A stretch of DNA of 64,000 bases from Escherichia phage FL04. Both the position numbers and the translations under genes were made by a program. The notes under the pieces were generated by a model, which had not been told where the DNA came from, made no database searches, and saw only the letters and a list, made by a program, of their open reading frames with translations. Each line of letters opens with the position of its first letter. The stretch's first letter is position 1. The DNA lies in sequence record PP358550; one strand, 5' to 3'. Below are positions 8,270-17,880 of this stretch, piece after piece.

Positions 8270-8764
8270 ATGTGGGTACAAGATGTTTGGTATACTGTAA
8301 CTAAAGAAAACCTTGACGCATTCAGCGACCAATCTTGCGCTAATAGCTCAATTGCTGGTATACTTACTGATGTGTTTGGTGGTGTAGATAAAATTCGTTT
8401 TAAAGTTGTTGTTAATTCTATGGGGTGTGTAAAAGACCTATACACCGAAGATAAAGACCTTGATCTTGAACTTCGTCTTCGTATTGATAATGCAAGTCTA
8501 GGTTATTGGTTTGAAGATAACGAATATGAATACTTCACACCAGCAATTAAAGTTTTTGCGACTAAACTGGAAGCTGTACTGAATCTCCGACCAATTAATG
8601 TTGACGGTTACATTATCAAAAATATTCAGGATTGGGAGTTGTATCTAGATCAGGTTATCCGAAATAGTAAGCAGGATGCCGCTAATAAGAAGCGACAAGA
8701 GATTAAACAGCTTAAAGCTGAACTAGAAGCTAAAGAAAAAGAATTAGCAGAACTGGTAAAATAA
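8270..8764 (+). CDS. hypothetical protein with C-terminal coiled coil
   Basis: GAGGATTATATT-ATG start; KQLKAELEAKEKELAEL tail. Confidence 0.55.
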   Translation: MWVQDVWYTVTKENLDAFSDQSCANSSIAGILTDVFGGVDKIRFKVVVNSMGCVKDLYTEDKDLDLELRLRIDNASLGYWFEDNEYEYFTPAIKVFATKLEAVLNLRPINVDGYIIKNIQDWELYLDQVIRNSKQDAANKKRQEIKQLKAELEAKEKELAELVK

Positions 8765-8773
8765 CTATCAACG

Positions 8774-8796
8774 AGCGGGAGAAATCCCGCTTTTTC
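8774..8796 (+). terminator. rho-independent terminator
   Basis: GCGGGA-GAAA-TCCCGC hairpin followed by TTTTT. Confidence 0.6.
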
Positions 8797-8808
8797 ATAG
8801 GTGATACA

Positions 8809-10671
8809 ATGGAAAAACTAATCAAAGACATTACAGAGATCGCAACGGGTAAAGAAAACGAAGTGAGCAAAGAGAACGCGAACAAAGACGCGCGAACATT
8901 CCCGACACGTCGAGATCTGATTGCTGGCGCTGTGTCTAAACAGATTGCTAAAACCGTGTTACCTGAGCACATCTATAAAGCGCATGTAGACGGTGATATT
9001 CATTATCATGATATGGATTATGCACCAGCTATGCCGTTTACTAACTGCTGTCTTGTTAATCTCAAAGACATGTTAGAGAATGGTTTTAAATTGGGTAGCG
9101 CACAAATCGAAAGTCCGAAATCAATCGGCGTTGCTTGTGCTGTAACCGCTCAAATTATCGCACAGGTGGCAAGTCATCAATATGGCGGGACCACAATTGC
9201 AAACATCGATCAGGTTTTAGCGCCATACGTTGAGAAAACATATCATAAACACCTTGCTGATGCCGAAACCTACGGAATCAAAGCTGATACTCTCTATGCA
9301 CAAGAGAAGACAGAAAAAGAAACGCTAGACGGGTATCAAGCGTTGGAATATGAAATCAACACTTTGTTCTCCACCAACGGTCAAACGCCTTTTGTGACTT
9401 TAACCTTTGGTATGGGTACTAGCTGGGAAGAAAAACTGATTCAGAAAGCGATCCTGAAAGTTCGAACTAAAGGTTTAGGTAAAGATGGTATAACTCCGGT
9501 GTTTCCTAAGCTGGTGATGTTCTTAGAAGAAGGATTAAACCTTAAACCGGAAGATCCGAACTACGACATTAAGCAACTTGCATTGGAATGTTCTAGTAAG
9601 CGTCTTTACCCTGATTATATCTCTGCGAAGAATAACCGTAGTATCACTGGATCTAGTGTTCCGGTTAGCCCGATGGGTTGTCGTAGCTTCCTGGGTGTGT
9701 GGCATAATGAGAAAGGCGAAGAAGTATTAGACGGACGTAATAACTTAGGTGTTGTGACTCTGAATCTTCCGCGTATTGCCCTTATTGCCGCGCGTCGTGC
9801 TGGTAAAGCGTCTGTAATGCGCAGAATTGAGCTATTCGAACAAGAGCTAGCTAATCGTATGCCTATTTGCTTTGATGCGCTCATGAGTCGCGTAGACGCT
9901 TTAAAAGGGGCTAAAGCCAATGTTGCTCCGGTGCTGTATACAGAAGGTGCATTTTTCCGTATTCATCAAAACGATGAAATTTTGGAAGTGCTGAAAGATG
10001 GTCGCGCTAGTATCTCTCTTGGATATATTGGTTTACATGAGGTATTGAGCGTCCTGTTTGGTGTTCATCCGTTTGATTCGGAAGATGCGCAGCGATACGG
10101 TAAACATATTCTTAAGATCTTGCGTCATTATACTGAAAAATGGAAGGACGAAACCGGACTTGGGTTTAGTCTTTACGGTACGCCAGCCGAGAGCCTTTGC
10201 TATCGATTTAATCGACTGGACCGAGAGCAATTTGGTATTGTTAAGGGTGCTACCGATAAAGACTGGTACACCAACTCATTCCACCTTGACGTAGACCGGA
10301 AAGTCACTCCATTTGAGAAAATCGACTTTGAGAAAGATTATCACTGGCTGGCGTCCGGTGGCATGATCTCTTATGTTGAGTTCCCAGACATGAAAAACAA
10401 CCTGAAAGGTCTTGAAACTGTAGTGGACTATGCAATGGATAAATTGCACTACTTCGGTGTTAATACTCCTTCTGATGTGTGTCATGTATGCGGGTCTACT
10501 AAGGAAATGAGAGCGACCGAGTTTGGTTTTGTTTGTCCTGATTGCGGAAATGATAATCTGGAAAAGATGAATGTTATCCGTCGCGTTAGTGGATATCTTG
10601 GATCTGTTGATCTGCGTCCATTTAACCACGGGAAACATTCCGAGATGGTAAACCGCGTTAAGCACATGTAA
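8809..10671 (+). CDS. nrdD: anaerobic ribonucleoside-triphosphate reductase
   Basis: 620 aa; C-terminal Zn ribbon (CHVCGS...CPDCG) and glycyl-radical motif RVSGYLG. Confidence 0.95.
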   Translation: MEKLIKDITEIATGKENEVSKENANKDARTFPTRRDLIAGAVSKQIAKTVLPEHIYKAHVDGDIHYHDMDYAPAMPFTNCCLVNLKDMLENGFKLGSAQIESPKSIGVACAVTAQIIAQVASHQYGGTTIANIDQVLAPYVEKTYHKHLADAETYGIKADTLYAQEKTEKETLDGYQALEYEINTLFSTNGQTPFVTLTFGMGTSWEEKLIQKAILKVRTKGLGKDGITPVFPKLVMFLEEGLNLKPEDPNYDIKQLALECSSKRLYPDYISAKNNRSITGSSVPVSPMGCRSFLGVWHNEKGEEVLDGRNNLGVVTLNLPRIALIAARRAGKASVMRRIELFEQELANRMPICFDALMSRVDALKGAKANVAPVLYTEGAFFRIHQNDEILEVLKDGRASISLGYIGLHEVLSVLFGVHPFDSEDAQRYGKHILKILRHYTEKWKDETGLGFSLYGTPAESLCYRFNRLDREQFGIVKGATDKDWYTNSFHLDVDRKVTPFEKIDFEKDYHWLASGGMISYVEFPDMKNNLKGLETVVDYAMDKLHYFGVNTPSDVCHVCGSTKEMRATEFGFVCPDCGNDNLEKMNVIRRVSGYLGSVDLRPFNHGKHSEMVNRVKHM

Positions 10672-10676
10672 TTTTC

Positions 10677-10705
10677 AGCCGATCCGAAAGGGTCGGCTTT
10701 TTCGT
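10677..10705 (+). terminator. rho-independent terminator
   Basis: AGCCGATCC-GAAA-GGGTCGGCT hairpin plus T-run. Confidence 0.6.
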
Positions 10706-10714
10706 TTTGGGGTG

Positions 10715-10742
10715 TTGACAACCTGATTAGCTAATGTATAAT
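10715..10742 (+). promoter_or_regulatory. sigma70-type promoter (extended -10)
   Basis: TTGACA 10715-10720, spacer 16, TGTATAAT ending 10742. Confidence 0.55.
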
Positions 10743-10771
10743 GCTCACATCGAAAACAACGAGAGGACAAC

Positions 10772-11314
10772 ATGATGATGATGTTTTGTGTACTGAGCAA
10801 AGAAGTTAAACTTCGTAAACTGGAAATTGGCGATGGTGTTGTTGTTAAAATGCACGCTAGCACATTGGCTAGTTTTAATTTAAAGGAAAGTTTTTTTATT
10901 AGAGGAACGGTGGTTAATATCTGCTGGAGTCAATGCGAAGGAATCCGTAGCTTTTGCGTAATTGACGATGATAATAACCTGTATGTGATTCGCTATCATA
11001 ATAATTCTGTATTGGTCTATACCGACAATTCACGAGAATTATATACTCTTGAATTTGTTAAGCGTACTGATTGCGACCTATTTGTTCGTGCTTATGAAGA
11101 AGATGGCTGTTTTGCGACTGAAACAGAAACAAATGAATATGTTCCTATGGAAGTAGGGGCAGAAATTAAACACAAGATCACGGATCGTATTTTTAAGGTT
11201 GTGGCGGTTGCTCATACTCAATTTGTAGCGCAAGCGCCGGATGAAGAATTTATTATCTACAATATTGGTAATGCAAGTTCTCATTTTCATAATGTACTAT
11301 ATCGCGACCTTTGA
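10772..11314 (+). CDS. hypothetical protein
   Basis: ORF after AGAGGA RBS, in the nrdD-nrdG gap. Confidence 0.5.
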   Translation: MMMMFCVLSKEVKLRKLEIGDGVVVKMHASTLASFNLKESFFIRGTVVNICWSQCEGIRSFCVIDDDNNLYVIRYHNNSVLVYTDNSRELYTLEFVKRTDCDLFVRAYEEDGCFATETETNEYVPMEVGAEIKHKITDRIFKVVAVAHTQFVAQAPDEEFIIYNIGNASSHFHNVLYRDL

Positions 11315-11331
11315 TAATGTGTGAGGTGAAT

Positions 11332-11859
11332 ATGAAATCATTAAACCGTAAGCGTAAAGCACAACGACACAAAGAACGAGCTAAAAAGATTGCTATTGAA
11401 CTCTGTGAGCGTGAGGATAGCTATTTGTCTACTGGTCGTTTGTATACATTCCATGCATTGATTGATGGTAAGCCAGTGTTGCATAATCATGATTGCTTGG
11501 CACTGTTTCACGAGATCGAACCAATCCATCGTGAATGGGATGACAACAAAGCAAAAGGTCAATATTTCCTTACGTGTTCGTGTGGTCATGCTGGTTGTGC
11601 TGGATATTGGGAACCTGTTACTATCCGTGAGAAAAATGATGCCATTCAATGGGTCTCCCGTACCCGCGATGGTTATGATAAAGGGGTTGATGGTACTGGC
11701 GATAACGTAGTTTACTTTAATCGTGATTGGTATTATATGGCGCGATGTATGATCCTGTTTTATCTTGACTCGATGCCGTATGAATATTTCAGTTTCCAGA
11801 ATGGGACCGAACTGACAGGGAAGGAATGGTCTGAATACATTCGAAAAAATTTAAAATAA
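11332..11859 (+). CDS. hypothetical Cys/His-rich protein
   Basis: ATG 11332 after GAGGTGA; CSCGHAGCAGYW cluster. Confidence 0.5.
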   Translation: MKSLNRKRKAQRHKERAKKIAIELCEREDSYLSTGRLYTFHALIDGKPVLHNHDCLALFHEIEPIHREWDDNKAKGQYFLTCSCGHAGCAGYWEPVTIREKNDAIQWVSRTRDGYDKGVDGTGDNVVYFNRDWYYMARCMILFYLDSMPYEYFSFQNGTELTGKEWSEYIRKNLK

Positions 11860-11863
11860 ATGC

Positions 11864-11892
11864 TTGACGGGGATCGCGAGATCCCCTATACT
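11864..11892 (+). promoter_or_regulatory. sigma70-type promoter with GGGGATCGCGAGATCCCC palindrome in spacer
   Basis: TTGACG 11864-11869, spacer 17, TATACT 11887-11892; two GATC sites. Confidence 0.6.
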
Positions 11893-11934
11893 ATATTCAT
11901 CAAGACGAGATACAACTTTACAGGAGAATCAAAT

Positions 11935-12087
11935 ATGTGGACTTTACTGATTTGGGAAACTGAAAACGCACAAGTAGAAATCCGTGAATACGAATACCTA
12001 AGCCCAGCTTATCTATTGGCATCTCGCGGTGGTTACTATAAAGCGCAGATTGTAAACGAGTTCGGGGTAATTGAATATGAGTTCTGA
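11935..12087 (+). CDS. hypothetical small protein
   Basis: ATG 11935 after CAGGAGAATCAAAT RBS; overlaps nrdG start. Confidence 0.35.
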   Translation: MWTLLIWETENAQVEIREYEYLSPAYLLASRGGYYKAQIVNEFGVIEYEF

Positions 12088-12580
12088 TACATACGGCAAA
12101 CTACGCTATGCCGATATTAAAGATTGTGATATGGTTAACGGTGAGGGAGTGAGAGTCTCCCTTTACGTTACCGGATGTTCACACGCATGTGATGGTTGCT
12201 TTAATGCTAGCCTACTCAATCCTAAGAACGGGGAACCATTCACCGATGATACAATGGGATTGATTCTGGATCTGCTTAGACCTGGTTTTATTCAGGGGCT
12301 AACATTCTTAGGTGGCGATCCATTGTATAAACGCAATTTAAAGGGTGTACAGCGGATCATCGATGAAGTAAAATCATGGATGCCAAATAAAGATATTTGG
12401 CTATGGTCTGGTTATACCCTTGACCAATTGAATGATGAGCAAAGAAAAATTGTAGAATCAGTTGACATGTTCATCGATGGGCGTTATATTAAAGATATGC
12501 CGACGAAGAAGCCGTGGCGGGGGTCTGACAATCAAGTACAATACAAGATTGTTAATAGTATTCCAGTAAAAATTATTTGA
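12071..12580 (+). CDS. nrdG: anaerobic ribonucleotide reductase activating protein (radical SAM)
   Basis: CSHACDGC radical-SAM cysteine motif; size and context match T4 NrdG. Confidence 0.9.
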   Translation: MNMSSDTYGKLRYADIKDCDMVNGEGVRVSLYVTGCSHACDGCFNASLLNPKNGEPFTDDTMGLILDLLRPGFIQGLTFLGGDPLYKRNLKGVQRIIDEVKSWMPNKDIWLWSGYTLDQLNDEQRKIVESVDMFIDGRYIKDMPTKKPWRGSDNQVQYKIVNSIPVKII

Positions 12581-12590
12581 GGTGATTGCT

Positions 12591-13079
12591 ATGAAATGGG
12601 AATTGGGTAAGATGTACACTCTTGATGGTGATGAGAAGAAAGCAGAATTTACCAAATCTGAACTGTCAATCAACCGTCAAGTTGCTGAGTTTCTTGATGG
12701 ACGTCCTTTTACAGTCGAGGTTATGAGTAATGAGGGTCATGTTCTTGAAATCTCGTTAAGTGATGGTAAATGTATTTCTGTTCGAGACACTCCAATTGGT
12801 GCGCACGGTGCATGGTTTTGGGCTGGTGAACGTCGATTCTTTAAAGAAGTTAAAGAACCAGATCTAACTTTAGAACGTCTGGGTCTGCTTATGGAAGCCT
12901 ACGACATTCAGTTAATCGATAAGACGGGGTTACAACATAGTATTGCCAAAATTACTACCCTAGAAGGTATTAAGAGCGTTCTAAATGGTATGCCTAGCCG
13001 GATTGGTGCTATCCGCGAATACAAGCAAACGCGAGACCGTATGATCCAATTAGAATCACGTATCAAAAATGAGAGATAA
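12591..13079 (+). CDS. hypothetical protein, multi-copy domain family (domain plus helical tail)
   Basis: MKWELGKMYT...WFWAGERRFFKEV; first of four tandem family genes. Confidence 0.6.
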   Translation: MKWELGKMYTLDGDEKKAEFTKSELSINRQVAEFLDGRPFTVEVMSNEGHVLEISLSDGKCISVRDTPIGAHGAWFWAGERRFFKEVKEPDLTLERLGLLMEAYDIQLIDKTGLQHSIAKITTLEGIKSVLNGMPSRIGAIREYKQTRDRMIQLESRIKNER

Positions 13080-13083
13080 TATT

Positions 13084-13569
13084 ATGAAATGGGAAGAAGG
13101 TAAGACCTATGCGTTGGTTGGCGAATACGAAAAGCGTATTTTGCGTGATTGTTGGAGTTACGAACAAAGACCTAATATTGATGGTATGTTTACATATCTA
13201 GATAAACCATTTACTGTCGCTACGGTAGACCGTTGGGGTAATGTGCGTTCAATCTATAATCACGAAGGGGATTATATTAGTTCTATCGATATTGGTGATA
13301 ATATATGGTTTTCCGATGGTGACCGAGCGTGCTTCAAAGAAGTTTTATTACCTGGTCATGAATATGATCTAATAGACCTTCTCAAATTGGCGATGGATAA
13401 TTATAAAATTCGCTTTGAATGCAAATCACATGCGGCTATCGGTGCTAACGCCTTGCGTCATATCTCCAGTTTTGAAGAGTTGAAAGATTTTCTTGACAAA
13501 ATGCCGGAAAGAGTGCAAGCTATACAGGAAGCCGAGAAAGCATTAAACGAACTTGATAAAATCGGTTAA
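13084..13569 (+). CDS. hypothetical protein, multi-copy domain family
   Basis: MKWEEGKTY...DRACFKEV; tandem paralog. Confidence 0.6.
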   Translation: MKWEEGKTYALVGEYEKRILRDCWSYEQRPNIDGMFTYLDKPFTVATVDRWGNVRSIYNHEGDYISSIDIGDNIWFSDGDRACFKEVLLPGHEYDLIDLLKLAMDNYKIRFECKSHAAIGANALRHISSFEELKDFLDKMPERVQAIQEAEKALNELDKIG

Positions 13570-13581
13570 GGGGAATATATT

Positions 13582-14415
13582 ATGAAATGGGAAATTGGTA
13601 AAACTTACACCTGGAAAGATGAAAACGCTAAAACTGAGTTTATTACTAACGGAGAAGGTGTTCTTTCTCCACTTAACAGCGATATTAGTGCAGCTATTGG
13701 TGACAAGCCATTTACCATCATCGAGATCGAGGGTAACGGTTGGATTGATGCAATAGAGCTAGACGGTGTTTATCATACGGCGAAAACTGCTACAGGAAAA
13801 GACATTTGGACTGCAACATATTTCTTTAGTCCATTCGATAGAAAATTCTTTCGTGAAGTTGAAGAAGTTCCTCCTAAATGGGAAGTTGGTAAAACTTATA
13901 CTTGGAAAGATGAAGACGCAAAAGTGATGTTTTCTAGTATTGGTCATATTACCAATCGTAAAATTGCTGAGTGGATAGGAGATGATACTTTTACGGTATC
14001 TTCCGTTGATTCTGTTGGCATCGTTACTATGATCGACGTCAATAATGAGAGTGCTTGCGGAACATTTAATCCTCATTCAGCGGGTGTTGATGATGTTGAT
14101 GCTGTGTGGTTTGTTGAGCGTGAACGAAAATTCTTTCGTGAAGTTGAAGCAGTGAAAGAACCAGAAGAAAAGGTGAACGATGATTCTAAGATCGTTGGAC
14201 AGTTGAAACGTCTGTTTAGTAGTCGTTACGGCCTGACAATGGTTAAATTTGGCGAAGCAAATGAAGGTAAAACCTTTGAACGTTTCGATGATTTCATCGC
14301 AGCACTTGACAAGATGGACGAAATAATGCAAGATCGCCAGAAGATTAAAGACCTTCAAGAAGACATTAAACGTCGTGAAGTTGAATTTTTGATTGGTAAA
14401 GAGCGAGGATGGTAA
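13582..14415 (+). CDS. hypothetical protein, multi-copy domain family (two tandem domains plus tail)
   Basis: Two internal copies: KWE(I/V)GKTYTWKDE...RKFFREVE. Confidence 0.65.
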   Translation: MKWEIGKTYTWKDENAKTEFITNGEGVLSPLNSDISAAIGDKPFTIIEIEGNGWIDAIELDGVYHTAKTATGKDIWTATYFFSPFDRKFFREVEEVPPKWEVGKTYTWKDEDAKVMFSSIGHITNRKIAEWIGDDTFTVSSVDSVGIVTMIDVNNESACGTFNPHSAGVDDVDAVWFVERERKFFREVEAVKEPEEKVNDDSKIVGQLKRLFSSRYGLTMVKFGEANEGKTFERFDDFIAALDKMDEIMQDRQKIKDLQEDIKRREVEFLIGKERGW

Positions 14416-14416
14416 T

Positions 14417-14896
14417 ATGTTTGTTGTTGGTATGACCTATCAGTGGAAAAACGAGCGAGCGCGGAAAGTCTTTGCAACCAGTGTTGCAAATGATGCAATA
14501 GCAGACTTTATCGGTGACCGTACATTTAAAGTTATCGCTTTTGAAAAAATTGCGTCAGATATCGAATATGTTTCTGCGATTGAAATTGATGGAAAAACAT
14601 ACACCTGTCGAGATGTTGATGATGTACGGGAATACGCGCACAACTGGTTTTTGCAATCAGAAGAACGTTATTTTAAAGTGGTGTCGTCAGAACTGACTAC
14701 TGATGCAATGTTGGAACAATTCTTCAATAACTACGAAGTTTCTGTACGTCGCTATGGCGAAGAAGAAGTGTTTAAAATCGATGATTACAATCAGTTTAAA
14801 CGAGTATTCGCCACTAAGTTGCAGCGTGACTTTGAACGTGACCAACGGATCAAGGAACTGGAAGAAGAACTAGAAAGATTAAAGGCTGAGAAATGA
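14417..14896 (+). CDS. hypothetical protein, multi-copy domain family
   Basis: ATG 14417 after GAGGATGG; EERYFKVV motif; coiled-coil tail. Confidence 0.55.
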   Translation: MFVVGMTYQWKNERARKVFATSVANDAIADFIGDRTFKVIAFEKIASDIEYVSAIEIDGKTYTCRDVDDVREYAHNWFLQSEERYFKVVSSELTTDAMLEQFFNNYEVSVRRYGEEEVFKIDDYNQFKRVFATKLQRDFERDQRIKELEEELERLKAEK

Positions 14897-15162
14897 TCGA
14901 GATATACGGCATACCGAAAGAGGCTTATCATTGTTATGGTTGTATTAGTGCAATGAAGCTACTGGATGACCTGGGTATTCCGTATACACTTAAACCAGTA
15001 TTCAAGCAGGTCGGGGTTGACATTATTCCCGACCGTGATATGATTGAAGAACTGGCGTGGAGGCTGAACTCAAAGAGCCTCCGATTTGTATACCCCCAGA
15101 TATTCATTGACAACGAGCACATTGGAGGCTATAAAGAACTGAGGGCGATTTATGATTATTGA
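14893..15162 (+). CDS. nrdH: glutaredoxin-like protein
   Basis: CYGC redox motif, PQIF..GGY glutaredoxin signature; position after nrdG. Confidence 0.75.
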   Translation: MIEIYGIPKEAYHCYGCISAMKLLDDLGIPYTLKPVFKQVGVDIIPDRDMIEELAWRLNSKSLRFVYPQIFIDNEHIGGYKELRAIYDY

Positions 15163-15310
15163 GAATTTAGTTTCGGTATTCATTATTGCTTTATTTGCTA
15201 TAATGGCTTTACCGTTTAAGAAGTGTAAACACTGTAACGGAACAGGATTGCGTGGTGATGGGTGTTGCGCTCATTGTCACGGATCTGGTAAAGTAAGTAT
15301 CATTAAGTAA
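15152..15310 (+). CDS. small membrane-anchored protein with two CxxCxGxG zinc-finger motifs
   Basis: Not in ORF track (52 aa); GAGGG RBS 6 nt upstream; N-terminal hydrophobic helix then CKHCNGTG...CAHCHGSG. Confidence 0.4.
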   Translation: MIIENLVSVFIIALFAIMALPFKKCKHCNGTGLRGDGCCAHCHGSGKVSIIK

Positions 15311-15331
15311 TTCTTGAGTGAGGAATATATT

Positions 15332-15619
15332 ATGTTAGTACACAATGCAATCGCACACATGGTTTACTCTCGATTTGGGTGCATGGAAGAAATCAATATT
15401 ACCGACGCGGATTTAGATCTGATGCAAGTCGAAGGTCAGACATATCTGAAAAATAACGGCGTGAATATCGGTAAAGCGCGTGTGCGTGAATTGTTGGTTG
15501 AATATATTCTCTCTGAATTTGGCATTAGTGCTTTCGGTGTGAAAGAAATTGCACCTAAGCGCGAAATTTCTGATAAAATGATCAAGAAATGCCAGAAAGC
15601 ACGACGTAAGGGTTTCTAA
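15332..15619 (+). CDS. hypothetical protein
   Basis: ATG 15332 after GAGGAATATATT. Confidence 0.5.
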   Translation: MLVHNAIAHMVYSRFGCMEEINITDADLDLMQVEGQTYLKNNGVNIGKARVRELLVEYILSEFGISAFGVKEIAPKREISDKMIKKCQKARRKGF

Positions 15620-17088
15620 TGAAGATTGAAACATTAATCGCATTGCCAGCGGCGGGGAAAACTGATGCTATACTTTCCCACGTCCTAGAGACAAAAGAAA
15701 AAGCGGTTATTGCTTCGCCATCTCGTGTTTTAAGTGAACAATCTTACAATAAGTTTAAAAGAATGGGCGGTCGTGCTGTCTTGATTGATAGCACAAGACT
15801 AAGAAGCCTTAAGACAGTGCAAGCGTCGATAATGCAATCAGTTAAAGATGGTGCTGATGTGATATTCATTACACACACCGCGTTATCTAATATGGAACGT
15901 TCAAAAATGTTTGGTGAATATGCCCTTTACATTGATGAAGTTCCTCAACTGGTTGAATTTAATGAGTATCCGTTTAAGTCTAATCTTGAACTTATCACGA
16001 AGCATTGCGAACCAATCGCCGACGAATCGGAATGCCTACAGAACTTAGTTCTAAAAGACTCTGAGAAGTCCGCTATCAAAGAAAAGATAGAAAGTGCAAA
16101 GGATGGTACTGATATGATCGATTCTTCTCTTAGAGGGCTTTATGAGGCGTTATTAGAGAAGAAAATCAACGTTATGGTAAAACATAACGAAGGACACCGG
16201 AAGAATGGGTCGAAAATTGTTTTCTTGAACGATAACAAACACGGTACGTGGGGAGACTTTAAAAAGGTTACGATAGCATGTGCAAATCTCTTTGATACAT
16301 ATAGCGGGAAGTATCTACGATACTATGCAAATTGCGATTTTGTTCCGAGTGCGCTAGAATCCAGACTATATTTCAAAGAGTATAAAAATACAGATAGAGT
16401 TAATATCATCCTTATGACGGACTCCGAACGATGGTCGCGTCACCAGTCAGAAACAAACAATACCTTTGAACGTCTTGTTGATATGGTTAAAAATGAATGT
16501 GGTGATGACTTCATTTATACCGTGAATCGGGACCGTGAAGCGTGCACAAATGGTATTGGTGAGCGGATACCTTACGGGTCTTATGGTCTTAACTCTTACA
16601 TTCATCATAAAAATGTTGCTGTGATGTTCAGCTTTAACCCTCAACGATGGGAGATTGATATTTTAAAAGGTCTTGCTAATAGTTGTGATCTCCCAACAAA
16701 TGAGTTTTTGAAAGCGCGTCATGTGTCTGATTATCTGGAACCAGCATTTCAATTATGTTTGCGTTGTAACTTGAGAGACAACGAGAGCAAGGAGAATGTT
16801 AATCTATATGTTCCTGATTGGGCGTTGGTAGATTATCTAAAAACGTTTCTGCCTAATGCCAATGTAATAACAGATCGGATGATTTCGCTAGAATGTGGTG
16901 AGCGTAAAGGGCGAAAATCATTTAAAAAGATGTTCGATTTTAACGAGCAAGAGAATGCAAGATTTAACGGATTTAAGTACCGCATGAAGAAAAAAGGAAA
17001 AACTCTTGATCCGTCTGACGGTGAATCTGTAGAGATGGTTAGAGTGTGGATAACTAAGCAAAGAAAGTATAATGGTAATGGGGAATAG
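15619..17088 (+). CDS. P-loop NTPase of unknown function (possibly helicase-like)
   Basis: 489 aa; N-terminal Walker A-like ALPAAGKT and Walker B-like ALYIDEV; no confident T4 counterpart recalled. Confidence 0.65.
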   Translation: MKIETLIALPAAGKTDAILSHVLETKEKAVIASPSRVLSEQSYNKFKRMGGRAVLIDSTRLRSLKTVQASIMQSVKDGADVIFITHTALSNMERSKMFGEYALYIDEVPQLVEFNEYPFKSNLELITKHCEPIADESECLQNLVLKDSEKSAIKEKIESAKDGTDMIDSSLRGLYEALLEKKINVMVKHNEGHRKNGSKIVFLNDNKHGTWGDFKKVTIACANLFDTYSGKYLRYYANCDFVPSALESRLYFKEYKNTDRVNIILMTDSERWSRHQSETNNTFERLVDMVKNECGDDFIYTVNRDREACTNGIGERIPYGSYGLNSYIHHKNVAVMFSFNPQRWEIDILKGLANSCDLPTNEFLKARHVSDYLEPAFQLCLRCNLRDNESKENVNLYVPDWALVDYLKTFLPNANVITDRMISLECGERKGRKSFKKMFDFNEQENARFNGFKYRMKKKGKTLDPSDGESVEMVRVWITKQRKYNGNGE

Positions 17089-17128
17089 CCCGAAAGGGTT
17101 ATTTCCTAAATAATAGCGAGGGTGCGAA

Positions 17129-17662
17129 GTGTCTGATTATGTAAACAATAAAGAGCTTTACGAAGAAATTTGCCGTTGGAAACAACGAATTGCGGCAGAA
17201 GGTCGACAAGTGCCAATGAGCGATCAAATCGGCCTGGCAATTATGCAAATCTCTAAAAATCTATCACGGCGTTTTAACTTTTCTGGTTATAGTCAAACAT
17301 GGCGCGAAGAAATGATCGACGATGGAATCGAAGCGGCGGTCAAGGGTTTGATTAATTTTGACGAGACAAAGTATAAAAATCCTCATGCTTACATCACGCA
17401 AGCGTGCTTTAATGCTTTTGTACAGCGCATTAAAAAAGAGAGAACAGCGACAGCCGCAAAATACAAATATTTTGTGCATCATGTATATGACGAACGCGAC
17501 GCTGATATGTGCCAGATTGCTGATGAGGCATTCATACAGGACATTTACGATAAAATCAACAACTACGAGGAATCGGTCAATAAACCGAAAGCGCCAAAGG
17601 TTGAAGATGTATTGACCGAGGAATTGCCTAGCTTGGACCAATTTTATGAGATTGAAAATTAA
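17129..17662 (+). CDS. 55: late-transcription sigma factor gp55
   Basis: GTG start; translation closely matches T4 gp55 (YVNNKEL..., [50 protein letters not shown]). Confidence 0.9.
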   Translation: MSDYVNNKELYEEICRWKQRIAAEGRQVPMSDQIGLAIMQISKNLSRRFNFSGYSQTWREEMIDDGIEAAVKGLINFDETKYKNPHAYITQACFNAFVQRIKKERTATAAKYKYFVHHVYDERDADMCQIADEAFIQDIYDKINNYEESVNKPKAPKVEDVLTEELPSLDQFYEIEN

Positions 17663-17879
17663 CATTTCCCGTTTGCTGGAAGAAGCAGAGTTTGAAACTG
17701 ACCTTGTGCCGTATTTCGCCAAATTATTTTTGAGAGATTGCGGCGTTCCGGTGATTATCGATCCGTGCAATATCAAATCACCGGATCTTGAGGTCTTGAC
17801 GGGTACAATCTCACATAGCTATAATGTATCAGAAGATGAATTTTCTTTAATCATCGACTATATCCCAGAAGGAAAATAA
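17646..17879 (+). CDS. hypothetical protein
   Basis: ORF overlapping end of gene 55. Confidence 0.45.
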   Translation: MRLKINISRLLEEAEFETDLVPYFAKLFLRDCGVPVIIDPCNIKSPDLEVLTGTISHSYNVSEDEFSLIIDYIPEGK

Positions 17880-17880
17880 C

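Noticed and set aside
9615-9920. Minus-strand ORFs embedded in well-supported plus-strand genes (for example 9615-9920 and 10276-10665 in nrdD, 21282-21566 in gene 46, 26675-26905 in gene 43) and plus-strand ORFs inside gp37 (57765-58064)
   Set aside because: Antisense to genes with strong similarity to T4 proteins, no RBS and no conservation signal; considered spurious.
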